Virus record (IMG/VR): IMGVR_UViG_3300049016_000019
Span: 238 to 64,237 of that record
Origin: a virus
Reading direction: 5' to 3' (one strand)
Length of the DNA stretch: 64,000 bases
The notes under the pieces were generated by a model, which saw only the letters and a program-made list of their open reading frames with translations, had not been told where the DNA came from and made no database searches. Positions 1 to 8,048 of the stretch are shown here, piece after piece (the stretch's first letter is position 1; every line of letters starts with the position of its first letter). The position numbers and the translations under genes are program-made.

Positions 1-480
1 CCATATAGGGGCACTATGGAAATCCATTACGCAAGAGCGCAATATGATGAATGATCAATGTTTAATGAATGAATGAATGAATGATTCATTACATAACATC
101 AATACATCACATGAGTACATATCATGTGCAATGTAATACATATACTATGTACTACTATGCATATAGTATGTACTACTATACACATAGGTATATGCATAGG
201 GTATATGCACTACTACTATGCATAGGGTATGAGTATGGGGTACATGCACATGCATGGTACTACTACTATGTACTATGGTATATGGGTACTACTATGCATG
301 GTATTAGTACACACATATACAGTAATACATATAACATAACAGTAATAGCAATACATACAATACATATGTACATGGTATGGGTATAGGTATGGGGTATATA
401 TAGGGGGTACCTATGCAGTATCCATACACGTACCCTATATAGAGCATAGCCCTATTAATAGAGTACCCACCCATCCACTT
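1..480. repeat. AT-rich low-complexity tract with short repeats; possible genome terminus/packaging region
   Basis: AATG x5 (64-83); TACTACTATR at 150,171,211,261,287; TATAGGGGG at 4 and 399; composition sharply unlike the GC-rich remainder. Confidence 0.75.
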
Positions 481-658
481 TTTGCACCCCTGTTGTTTTT
501 CGTATATGGGTTCCCCCGTATAGAAAGGGGGGGTATAGTAAAGGCCCCCTTTATACAGGGAGACGAGGGTCTTTACACCACCCCGAACACACGCAGCGCA
601 ATCAGTAGTACACCTATCATGGTGCCGATGTGGACAGCGAGCATTAGATACACCCCCC

Positions 659-1042
659 TTAATTACTACGCCTACGTCCTGCCACTACCATGCCCGCGCC
701 CAGTACCAGAGCAGTACCTGTTGCCCCTATCCAGCGAATAGGGTGATCGCCCGGCCCCCATCCTGTCTGTGCCAGCTCGGGCGCGTCTGCCCCCTTGGCG
801 TCGGCAGCGTGCTTGAGTGCAGCCAAGGACATGGGCGGACCCTGATATGACTCACAACCAACGCCATCACCGTCGTTGTCCAGGTTGTACGGGTCGCCGC
901 CCGCAACCTCCGAGGTATCCACCTGGTGATTGATATCAGGACAGTCCGGCGTGTTGTCAGCCACAGCCATGGATGCGCCACCCATGACAAGGGCGCCCGA
1001 TATAGCACTAAGTGCCAGGGTCCTACGGATCATGATTACCAT
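659..1042 (-). CDS. Secreted excalibur Ca-binding domain protein with LAXTG sortase anchor
   Basis: Signal peptide (MIRRTLALSAISGALVMGGASMAVA); C..DPYNLDNDGDGVGCE excalibur motif; ELAQTG + hydrophobic segment + RRR tail; alternative start 1033. Confidence 0.75.
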   Translation of the reverse strand: MVIMIRRTLALSAISGALVMGGASMAVADNTPDCPDINHQVDTSEVAGGDPYNLDNDGDGVGCESYQGPPMSLAALKHAADAKGADAPELAQTGWGPGDHPIRWIGATGTALVLGAGMVVAGRRRSN

Positions 1043-1347
1043 GCCCTACTCTGTTTGGGCTTAGGCCCTCGCTTCTTGGGCTCAGCCTCCGCCTTGGTTC
1101 CACGCCTGCTGTTGCAGTCACGATGCGCAGGACGCAGATTGGATTCGTCATACGGATCACCGCCCGCAGACAGCGGGACGAGGTGGTCTAGAGTCCAACT
1201 CTTTTTGTGATTGCGATGCAGAGTGAGGTCTATCTCCTCGCTGCATATCCAGCAGTACGGCGGCAGCTCTTTACGCAACCGCGCACTCAGCTTGTACCAC
1301 CGCGTATCTCCGCGCCCCTGCACGTACCCTTGATACTCGCGTGGCAT
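1036..1347 (-). CDS. HNH endonuclease (packaging-associated type)
   Basis: CWIC...TLDHLVPLSAGGDPYDESNLRPAHRDCNSRRG; start re-called at MPREYQ, TGATG overlap with upstream gene. Confidence 0.9.
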   Translation of the reverse strand: MPREYQGYVQGRGDTRWYKLSARLRKELPPYCWICSEEIDLTLHRNHKKSWTLDHLVPLSAGGDPYDESNLRPAHRDCNSRRGTKAEAEPKKRGPKPKQSRAW

Positions 1348-1691
1348 CAGTACGGAAGGCGTGCCACGACGCCCAACTCGGGATGATTGGCCGCGCCGTA
1401 GAACGCCCACGCCAGGGCAGCGGCCCACTCGAACAGGTATGCCGCATGGTCCGAGGTGATCTCGGGTCGGTCGTTCCATTCGCGGATGTACTCGCAGCCG
1501 GTGAGCATGAGCACCTGATGTTCGGCCAGAGCGTGGACCGCGCCGGATGCACCGAGGTCCTGAGCCGCGTCGTCCAGGACGCTGTGCATGCACATCCGTC
1601 CGGTGCTGTCGCCGTGCTCCCCCTTGTACAGACCGCGCTTGCGCATCAGGTCCGCAGCGTGGACGAGGATGTCGTGCGGAGTGACAGCCAT
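1347..1691 (-). CDS. DUF6197-like phage protein, paralog 1
   Basis: TPHDILVHAADLMRKRGLYKG...C...EWNDRPE pattern shared with 8045 and 9714 ORFs. Confidence 0.65.
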   Translation of the reverse strand: MAVTPHDILVHAADLMRKRGLYKGEHGDSTGRMCMHSVLDDAAQDLGASGAVHALAEHQVLMLTGCEYIREWNDRPEITSDHAAYLFEWAAALAWAFYGAANHPELGVVARLPY

Positions 1692-1705
1692 TGCTTGACT
1701 CCCTG

Positions 1706-1771
1706 TCAGAGCAGGATGGAGAGTAGAACAACAAGTAGGATTACGACAATGAGGACATATATAACATTCAT
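1706..1771 (-). CDS. 21-aa hydrophobic micropeptide
   Basis: MNVIYVLIVVILLVVLLSILL; GGGGG 8 nt upstream; fills the gap between tRNA and next gene. Confidence 0.5.
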   Translation of the reverse strand: MNVIYVLIVVILLVVLLSILL

Positions 1772-1786
1772 GGTCATCACCCCCAG

Positions 1787-1857
1787 TGGCGGTGACGGGA
1801 TTCGAACCCGTAGTGCTGGCACATGAAGCCAGTGTGTTTCCGTTACACCACACCGCG
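1787..1857 (-). tRNA. tRNA with CAT anticodon (Met or Ile2)
   Basis: Cloverleaf: acceptor CGCGGTG/CACCGCC (C1:C72 mismatch), D stem GTGT/ACAC, anticodon arm CTGGC-TTCATGT-GCCAG, T arm ACGGG-TTCGAAT-CCCGT; no encoded CCA. Confidence 0.85.
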
Positions 1858-1973
1858 CCGACACACACACAAAGAAATGCCCCACTGCTCAACGACGGGG
1901 GAGTCAGAAGGAGCAGCGGGGCGTATTCAGTTGTGTCAGGGGACACCTATCCCCTTCAATAGCTCAGGATGAT

Positions 1974-2186
1974 TCAAACCGGGGTCTGTGTCAAGTACCT
2001 GATGGGAGGAATCTGAAGTTTCTTTCCCGGCTCATGCACAGGAAGATCATCCAGGTCCCACATCGCCTTGCCGCGCTGCCCCTTGCCATGATTCCTAATG
2101 CGCCCTTCGTACGCCCAGCGGTACAGCGTCTCAGGTTTACGCCCGCACCACAGGCACGCAGCTTCGGTGTCAACCAGACGGCTCAC
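1974..2186 (-). CDS. Small HTH DNA-binding protein (MerR/Xis-like)
   Basis: LVDTEAA..WCGRKPETLYRWAYEGRIRNHG...WDLDDL. Confidence 0.65.
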   Translation of the reverse strand: MSRLVDTEAACLWCGRKPETLYRWAYEGRIRNHGKGQRGKAMWDLDDLPVHEPGKKLQIPPIRYLTQTPV

Positions 2187-2304
2187 TCATCCACCATCCC
2201 GATTCCAGCTCCTCGAACCTGTCCGCGAGGCAGAGCATGCACAGGTAGTGTCGTTGCGGCTCATCCATGGTGGTCACGTCTGCCCATTCATGAGGGCAGT
2301 CCAT
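2170..2304 (-). CDS. Small hypothetical protein (44 aa, CxH...CxxC)
   Basis: Translated by hand: MDCPHEWADVTTMDEPQRHYLCMLCLADRFEELESGWWMSEPSG; fills gap, purine-rich RBS. Confidence 0.45.
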   Translation of the reverse strand: MDCPHEWADVTTMDEPQRHYLCMLCLADRFEELESGWWMSEPSG

Positions 2305-2524
2305 GTTCCACCGCCCCTCGGTAGAGGTGATGAACCAGCCATACCGCGCCGCTGGCGAGGGCTACCTGCCCGCTGCGGTAGTGCACGGGCCGCTTGCGGA
2401 TGCCCAGGGCGTGACGCATGTGATAGCTCAGCGGGGCATGGTTCTCCTTGGACCGCACCGCGACGATCTCAGCGACCGCGAAATAGGTCACCCAACCCAC
2501 CCATACCGCACGCCATTTCTTCAT
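2288..2524 (-). CDS. Small membrane protein
   Basis: Hydrophobic N- and C-terminal segments; 4-nt overlap with upstream gene. Confidence 0.55.
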   Translation of the reverse strand: MKKWRAVWVGWVTYFAVAEIVAVRSKENHAPLSYHMRHALGIRKRPVHYRSGQVALASGAVWLVHHLYRGAVEHGLPS

Positions 2525-3114
2525 TTCGATTCCCTCTGCTGAGCCTCATACAGTGAGATCCACTGCCATCGTGGATAGGAATGTCCGCACGACCGCTCGG
2601 ACGGCGTGCCGATGCACTTGACATCGCTTGACGCGTCCTCTGCCACGATGAGCGCACCACCGCATTTGTCACACAGCATGTCGGCGAGCAATCTCTTTTC
2701 CGCGTCATAGCCAAGGAAGAGCCGTATCTTGCGCTCTACATACCGCAGTTCGCGGACTAGTTCCCCATCTTCGCATTCAGCCAGCGCCCGAAGCGCGTTG
2801 CCAACCGGACGGCACGCATAACCCAGGTATTTGGTCGCAATTTCCTGAACCTCGTACATCAATTCATCAGGGCGGACGAGGTTGCCTGGAATCTTGGACT
2901 CCGGCTTGTTGACGCTTCCGCCCCCGCCACCGCGAACGGGGACGTAATACACCGACTGTGCCAACTGTGTCAAGTACGGGGCCTGACGACGACTCTCGGT
3001 ACGCCGCTCGTACACTCGCTCGCCGTTGACATTCACGGCCACCATGAACGAAACACGCTCGTTCCACCCAACGCCGACGAATCGGTCAATCACCTCAGCG
3101 AGTACGTCAGTCAT
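2521..3114 (-). CDS. Hypothetical Zn-binding protein, possible late regulator
   Basis: C-terminal CDKCGG...C...CGH..W motif; position upstream of the small HTH, tRNA and HNH genes. Confidence 0.5.
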   Translation of the reverse strand: MTDVLAEVIDRFVGVGWNERVSFMVAVNVNGERVYERRTESRRQAPYLTQLAQSVYYVPVRGGGGGSVNKPESKIPGNLVRPDELMYEVQEIATKYLGYACRPVGNALRALAECEDGELVRELRYVERKIRLFLGYDAEKRLLADMLCDKCGGALIVAEDASSDVKCIGTPSERSCGHSYPRWQWISLYEAQQRESK

Positions 3115-3412
3115 TGCGCCTCATGAGATCCAGGGCCGCGCTCATGTAGAAACCGCACTCCTTGCACAAATCTATCCAGCGCCTTCCATCTTTGGTGAGT
3201 CCGATATGCGCGTAGGACGAGGGTATCGCGCACCGAACGCAGGGCCTTCCCTGCTTGATGCGCGCCCATGCCGCCAATTCCGCCTCTTGTCCGTTGGCGA
3301 ATTCAGGACATGCCGGGAACAAGGTGGGGCTCTCGCGTACCAGCATAAGAATGCCGTGCGTGGCCCGTATTCCTCGGGCGAGCTTACGCTGGTCCTCTGT
3401 CCATTCGCTCAA
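3107..3412 (-). CDS. Hypothetical protein with CxxC...CxxC
   Basis: CVRC...WIDLCKECG; overlaps neighbours in operon style. Confidence 0.5.
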   Translation of the reverse strand: MSEWTEDQRKLARGIRATHGILMLVRESPTLFPACPEFANGQEAELAAWARIKQGRPCVRCAIPSSYAHIGLTKDGRRWIDLCKECGFYMSAALDLMRRND

Positions 3413-3584
3413 CGTATTCTCCGTATGTTCGAGCGGAACTGTGCTCCTCTAGAAGCGAGACCATGAAATCGAACGCCTCCCCCTCGGTGAGAACAATGAC
3501 GCCAGGCCGGGCCAAATGCTTCTCGCTGAATCGGAGAACAACCTGACTTCCGACAGCCTGTACCTTGATTTTCTTCACATGCAT
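3384..3584 (-). CDS. Hypothetical protein
   Basis: Tiling ORF overlapping both neighbours. Confidence 0.4.
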   Translation of the reverse strand: MHVKKIKVQAVGSQVVLRFSEKHLARPGVIVLTEGEAFDFMVSLLEEHSSARTYGEYVERMDRGPA

Positions 3585-4207
3585 TCCTCGTGTACGGCCC
3601 AGAATTTCGTGCCTAGTTCGCGCACCTCTCGGCTGTACGCGGGCATACCGTCTTTCGCCTTGACCTTTTCCAGCCGGGTGTACGGCTCGGGGAACTCCAA
3701 CGAGATGGCCGCATCATGGCATGTGACCACACGATCACAGACCGCGCACCGCATGCTCCGCCGTACGCGCTCAGAAAGGTGGTCTCTCGCAGGTACGACA
3801 GGAAACGGGCCTGTGTGCCCCTGTGAGCGCCTTTCGGGGGCAGGTGGGGGGAGGTACCCATCCGGAAGCCTGCCACGCGTCACAGGGGCTTGGAGAGGGT
3901 CTAGCGGCACCACCTCGACCCCCGTCGCGTCCTGGCCCGCGCACCCGCACCCGTGGGCGGCCACGACGACGCCGGAGCGCTCCACGCCCGGGGTCTCCCG
4001 CTCAAGCCTGTATGGCCGCCCGGAGCGCTCCGAGAGCCGGTACGTAGCCCGTCCGCCCAGCAGAGCCTCGCGGTAGCTCTCGGGCGTGCTCAGGGGCGCA
4101 GGATCGACCGATACGCGCAGTCCCCCGACCAGCGAGGTGAACACGTACGCCTTGCAGCGGTTGCACGTCGCCAGCTCGATATCGGTAGTGACCAGGTGCC
4201 TACTCAC
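3575..4207 (-). CDS. Hypothetical Zn-binding protein
   Basis: CNRC and CAVC motifs; GTG start re-called at 4207. Confidence 0.5.
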   Translation of the reverse strand: MSRHLVTTDIELATCNRCKAYVFTSLVGGLRVSVDPAPLSTPESYREALLGGRATYRLSERSGRPYRLERETPGVERSGVVVAAHGCGCAGQDATGVEVVPLDPLQAPVTRGRLPDGYLPPPAPERRSQGHTGPFPVVPARDHLSERVRRSMRCAVCDRVVTCHDAAISLEFPEPYTRLEKVKAKDGMPAYSREVRELGTKFWAVHEECM

Positions 4208-4352
4208 TGCAATGCTCTCCCCGAGCGACACGACGGCGATTGATCTCACCCTTCACGGTCACCAGCTCCTCATGGAGAGCCTTCAGCTCGCGTTCGATCC
4301 GACGGCGCGTGTCGTCCAGGTCGGAGTCAGGGACGCGTCTCATCCAGGCCAT
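4200..4352 (-). CDS. Small coiled-coil protein (50 aa)
   Basis: Hand translation MAWMRRVPDSDLDDTRRRIERELKALHEELVTVKGEINRRRVARGEHCSE. Confidence 0.45.
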   Translation of the reverse strand: MAWMRRVPDSDLDDTRRRIERELKALHEELVTVKGEINRRRVARGEHCSE

Positions 4353-4379
4353 GTTCATTTCAACTTTCTCGCGCGCATG

Positions 4380-4630
4380 CGCAGTAAGAGATAGAGAGAA
4401 TAAGTGTCACTATTGTCATATCTACAGTTCAGGGTACTTATGACAGCTTTTAGATCATTGTCGTGAGTGTCCTGAAGCGATACAGAGAGTGCACGCTCAG
4501 TGACTCGGTCACTCTCCGCACATACTGTCGTGAGTGATGTCGTGAGTAAGTCGCGAGTACTGACCTGCATTTATGACACATGAATCTCTCAGGACGAGAG
4601 AGAGAGAGGGAGGCGCTTTCCCCCCGCCTC
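4380..4630. promoter_or_regulatory. Putative replication origin (iteron-like)
   Basis: Noncoding, AT-richer, directly downstream of helicase; TGTCGTGAGT at 4459, 4526, 4538, near-match at 4550; AGTGAC-TCG-GTCACT palindrome 4499-4513. Confidence 0.55.
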
Positions 4631-4634
4631 ACCG

Positions 4635-5858
4635 TTACTCTCTGTGATTCAGAGGGTGTGTCCATACTGTCCCCGCTTGGGCCTCTCGTACCCTTTTGGA
4701 CTTGACCCCTAGCCTCTTCCTTGCACGCTGCAACATTCGTTCACTAAACTTCTTCCCGGCTTCCTTTATGTCCGCGCAGCGCGCTTCTCCACCCTGGGCG
4801 AGTAGGAACTGGTCCAGCCATCGAACGCAATCGTCTATGTTCGAGTGGCCGCCGTCCTGAAGATCGCCAAGCACGTCGGAGGCACGATCCATGATCTCTT
4901 CCAGCCATTCGATACGGGGCATGTGCGTGTACGTACCGTCGTCACACGGTATCTCTACGGAGTTGAGCCGAAATCGCAACGAGGGCAACAGATGCATCTG
5001 CCCGACGTTCAGCTTCTCGCACGACAGGATGCGCGCGTCGTCCTCCTCGGGGTCCATGACGAGCCCATGTACGGACCGCGCGACGTTGGTCTGCTCACTG
5101 GAGCCGATGACGGCCTCTATCACGTCCCGCGCGTCGGCCTTGCGGGTGTGCGCCAGTCCGAATATGGAGGAGTTCGTCCGCTCGGCGATGCCGTTCACGA
5201 TTTGATACGTGTGTCTGATCTCCCGCTGGTCGTTCGCCTTGCCGCTGACATTCGCGCTCAGCGGGTCCACGAAAGTAACCGCGATATTGTGCTCGCGAAT
5301 AAAGTCGGCGAGCCGCTGTTCATCGTGCGGCAGGCTCAGCGCATCCTTGCCTAGGGGCGTGTGTACGGTCAGGAAGAACACCCGAGAAAGGTCAGCGCCG
5401 TGGGCCAGCAAACGAGGAACAACAGTTTCTTCTATCGAGTCCTCATTTACCACGTAGCACACGTTCCGGGGCGCCCCGTAGAACTCCCCTTTCATGTCCC
5501 CTATGGTGATCCATGCGGCGAATTGCGCGAAGAGGGTGGATTTGGAAACGGCCCCTTTCCCGGCGAGAAGGGAGAGGCCGCCCAATGGTACTCTATCACG
5601 CCATAGCCATTTGGTACGACGCGTTTGGATGCTATCCGCACGAATAGCCCGGAATTGCCGAAGCGATTCCTCTTCCTCTTTCGCTATTTCCTCACCCTGT
5701 TTGCGAATACGCACCTTACGCGCTTCGCTTTTCGCCAATGCCTTGTCGTTGGCGAATTCCATGTTCTTTTGGAAGGCTTCCGCGAAAACCTCAGTACCCG
5801 GATAGGGCTTCCCCGACTCCTGTACCCAATCCGGTTGCTGAAAAGGGTAGGTCATCAC
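4635..5858 (-). CDS. AAA_25/RepA-like replicative helicase-ATPase with C-terminal winged-helix-like end
   Basis: WLWRDRVPLGGLSLLAGKGAVSKST (variant Walker A), VTFVDP Walker B, LAHTRK...IGS. Confidence 0.8.
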   Translation of the reverse strand: MMTYPFQQPDWVQESGKPYPGTEVFAEAFQKNMEFANDKALAKSEARKVRIRKQGEEIAKEEEESLRQFRAIRADSIQTRRTKWLWRDRVPLGGLSLLAGKGAVSKSTLFAQFAAWITIGDMKGEFYGAPRNVCYVVNEDSIEETVVPRLLAHGADLSRVFFLTVHTPLGKDALSLPHDEQRLADFIREHNIAVTFVDPLSANVSGKANDQREIRHTYQIVNGIAERTNSSIFGLAHTRKADARDVIEAVIGSSEQTNVARSVHGLVMDPEEDDARILSCEKLNVGQMHLLPSLRFRLNSVEIPCDDGTYTHMPRIEWLEEIMDRASDVLGDLQDGGHSNIDDCVRWLDQFLLAQGGEARCADIKEAGKKFSERMLQRARKRLGVKSKRVREAQAGTVWTHPLNHRE

Positions 5859-6154
5859 GCTTCCGCCCTGTGGTTACCGGTATTCTCGAACGCCAGAAAG
5901 GCCAACCTGTCCTCATGGCCGAACGGCCAATCGTTGTCCTCCATCAGCCAGTTCCAGCATTCGCGAGAGCATGTCGCGCCCGGCCCGACCACGTCATGCG
6001 AGGGCTTGAGTTCAAAGAAGTGCGGCCCCACGCTCATGACGCTCTCACGCCACTCGGGATAGTTCTCGATGTAGTCGATGACCGCAGGATCAGGAGGGGT
6101 CGGGGTCAAGTTCACTGCGCTCTCCGATATAGGTGTACGTCCAGGACTGGGCAT
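5855..6154 (-). CDS. Hypothetical protein
   Basis: 4-nt overlap with helicase start; true start uncertain. Confidence 0.45.
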   Translation of the reverse strand: MPSPGRTPISESAVNLTPTPPDPAVIDYIENYPEWRESVMSVGPHFFELKPSHDVVGPGATCSRECWNWLMEDNDWPFGHEDRLAFLAFENTGNHRAEA

Positions 6155-6323
6155 CGCCGTACCGGCGCCCGGCGGGGATGTAGACAGCCCCCCCGAACGC
6201 GATGAAGCGCACAGGGGGACGTGTGCGGGTCAGGATCACGACGCGCCCGTCAGCCGGACCGCCGGTGAGGTTGAGCCGGATCACAGTTCCTCCGTCTGAT
6301 GCTGACAGTCGGAGCAGACGCAC
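6090..6323 (-). CDS. Hypothetical protein (GGPxDG motif)
   Basis: LTGGPADGRVV...YTY; start probably downstream of the called one. Confidence 0.4.
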   Translation of the reverse strand: MRLLRLSASDGGTVIRLNLTGGPADGRVVILTRTRPPVRFIAFGGAVYIPAGRRYGDAQSWTYTYIGERSELDPDPS

Positions 6324-6415
6324 AGTCCCGTTTTGCGGTCAAGGCAGTCTGAGCACCGGCACTCGCACAGGCGGAAACGTATGTCGTCAACCAGGTGCGG
6401 CTCATCGTGGGGCAT
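6281..6415 (-). CDS. 7-Cys miniprotein A
   Basis: CECRCSDC-x7-CVCSDC; same spacing as ORF 7219. Confidence 0.55.
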   Translation of the reverse strand: MPHDEPHLVDDIRFRLCECRCSDCLDRKTGLCVCSDCQHQTEEL

Positions 6416-6593
6416 CGAGGTTCTCCGTGATCTTGGGCGTGAAATGCGGGTCCTTGATCCAGTGCTCGTGGCACCGGTCGCAGAGGAAGAACTGTGCACC
6501 GTGGCCCATGGTCCACCGCCATGTCGTCGGCGGGCAGGGGCCGCACTGGCAGTGACAACGGGGCCGCAGTGGGGGGTTGGTACGCCAGGGCAT
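6402..6593 (-). CDS. Small Cys-rich hypothetical protein
   Basis: CHCQCGPC...LCDRCHEHW; TGATG-type overlap with the WhiB gene. Confidence 0.45.
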   Translation of the reverse strand: MPWRTNPPLRPRCHCQCGPCPPTTWRWTMGHGAQFFLCDRCHEHWIKDPHFTPKITENLDAPR

Positions 6594-7045
6594 CAGCGAA
6601 TCCTCCCCCGTCTGGCGTCGCGGCGCTCAGGGGGGCTTTGACCGCCGAAGAACCCGTACTCGGCGTTGCGGTTGGCCCGGCGGCACTCCATCATCACCGG
6701 GCAGGAATCACACCACCGCCTAGCGATGCGGTAATCGCGCTCATCGAAAAAGATCTCCAACGAGCAGACGCACGGCTTGCCGCCGCACTTGTCGCAGAAG
6801 AGCCCGCTGTTCGCGTTCCACAGGATCTTGCGGCACTCGGCGCGCTCCTCCCACGAGGAGTCGACCGGCTTGCCGCCCTGGATTGATCGCAGTCTTGCCC
6901 GCTTGAGCGCCACCTGGTCAGCATCCTTTTTCCGCTTGCACTTGCGGCAACGTCGAGAGCCCCGGCTGTTGGTGATCCACGCGTTGGGCAGCGACATGTC
7001 GTGCAGCTCGTTGCGGCACAGGGTCACCTCCGCTTGCGTAGCCAT
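6593..7045 (-). CDS. whiB-like: WhiB-family Fe-S transcription factor with N-terminal Zn-like module and Cys insertion
   Basis: WEERAEC...IFF...ARRWCDSCPVMMECR...EYGFFGGQSPPERR; start re-called at MATQ with GGAG RBS. Confidence 0.85.
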   Translation of the reverse strand: MATQAEVTLCRNELHDMSLPNAWITNSRGSRRCRKCKRKKDADQVALKRARLRSIQGGKPVDSSWEERAECRKILWNANSGLFCDKCGGKPCVCSLEIFFDERDYRIARRWCDSCPVMMECRRANRNAEYGFFGGQSPPERRDARRGRIR

Positions 7046-7209
7046 ACCCCGATCACTCCTCCCTTGGAGGCCGACATGTACACCCCGTACACGTCGGCGA
7101 GCCCCATGTTCTTGATCACCTTGGCGTGCTCGGCGACCTTTTCCCACGCCTTGTCGCGGTTCTCGCACACCTCTAGCAACTGGTCGTCGTGTCTTTGCGC
7201 AGCGGGCAC
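7024..7209 (-). CDS. Hypothetical protein
   Basis: Tiling ORF between Cys-rich gene and whiB-like gene. Confidence 0.4.
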   Translation of the reverse strand: MPAAQRHDDQLLEVCENRDKAWEKVAEHAKVIKNMGLADVYGVYMSASKGGVIGVWLRKRR

Positions 7210-7218
7210 AGCACTTCC

Positions 7219-7431
7219 TCACCGTCCGTGCCGGTCACAGCCGGGGCAGATGCACACCGCATCGCCGGGCCGCGTGCAGACGGGACAGTCGCAGGCGCAG
7301 TATCCGTATTCACTGAAATGCGGAGCGCCGGACACGTTGCCGTCAAATTCGTGCGCCATGGCGCAGTGCACATTCTTCCCGAGCCGCACCCCGCAGCCGC
7401 ACGCCCCGCCCATGGCCCGATCTTCTTTCAC
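7219..7431 (-). CDS. 7-Cys miniprotein B
   Basis: CACDCPVC-x7-CICPGC. Confidence 0.55.
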   Translation of the reverse strand: MKEDRAMGGACGCGVRLGKNVHCAMAHEFDGNVSGAPHFSEYGYCACDCPVCTRPGDAVCICPGCDRHGR

Positions 7432-7440
7432 GTCAGCCCC

Positions 7441-7665
7441 TCACCGCTCCACCCGTTCGATGATCTCTTTCATCTCCCCGTCGTAGTCCGACCCGAGGGC
7501 CACCACGACGCAGACCTGCGGCTCGTCGCTCACGGACGTGGGAGGCACGCGAACCAGGTCCCCGGCGGCGAGCGGCCCGGCCGTGAACGGGTCGAACCGC
7601 CACATGTACGTGTACTGGCGACTCCCGTCCGGGAAGGCGACACGGACGACCTGTTCAGCCTTCAC
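7441..7665 (-). CDS. Small beta-barrel protein resembling the PriA 3'-DNA-binding fold
   Basis: VRVAF...YTY...LAAGDLVRVP...VVV pattern. Confidence 0.45.
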   Translation of the reverse strand: MKAEQVVRVAFPDGSRQYTYMWRFDPFTAGPLAAGDLVRVPPTSVSDEPQVCVVVALGSDYDGEMKEIIERVER

Positions 7666-7775
7666 TCTTCACCACCACCCGCTTGAGACGGTCGGCCAGG
7701 GCGTACGCGTACATGGCGATACCGAACAGTGCGAGACAGAAACCGAGCATCATGACTCCTCCGCTGGGGGTGTGG

Positions 7776-8048
7776 TCATCGGGCATGCTCCCAGTTGACT
7801 ATGCGGCCGATGCGCGCTTTGCATACATGGCATACCCAGCCGTTCGCGCCGCCGCCCTGCAAAGCAGTTGCCTTATCCCTATGTCCGATACAAACCAGTG
7901 AGGGATGAACGCACGGATGACTGAAGACGGCCCGGTACACCGCGACGCGGGGGCACGGACCCCAACAGCACTCGGCCTCCTCCACTGGCGCGGTGACCAG
8001 TTCTTCGCATGCACTGGCGGCGGCCTTGAGGGTTTCCTGGGGTGTCAC
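7776..8048 (-). CDS. Chimeric protein: DUF6197-like N-terminal helix plus Cys/His-rich body
   Basis: MTPQETLKAAA encoded by a 23-bp exact repeat of the 8045 gene; CC..PC, HPC.H..C..H, CHVC. Confidence 0.5.
   Translation of the reverse strand: MTPQETLKAAASACEELVTAPVEEAECCWGPCPRVAVYRAVFSHPCVHPSLVCIGHRDKATALQGGGANGWVCHVCKARIGRIVNWEHAR

Noticed and set aside
140-300. Possible CRISPR array in the TACTACTATG repeats
   Set aside because: Repeats are only 10 bp with irregular 11-40 bp low-complexity gaps and no cas operon
81-386. 101-aa Tyr/His-rich plus-strand ORF
   Set aside because: Translation of the low-complexity AT-rich repeat tract; no RBS or family motif
1787-1857. tRNA 3' end as attP core
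   Set aside because: No integrase and no duplicate of the sequence in the window
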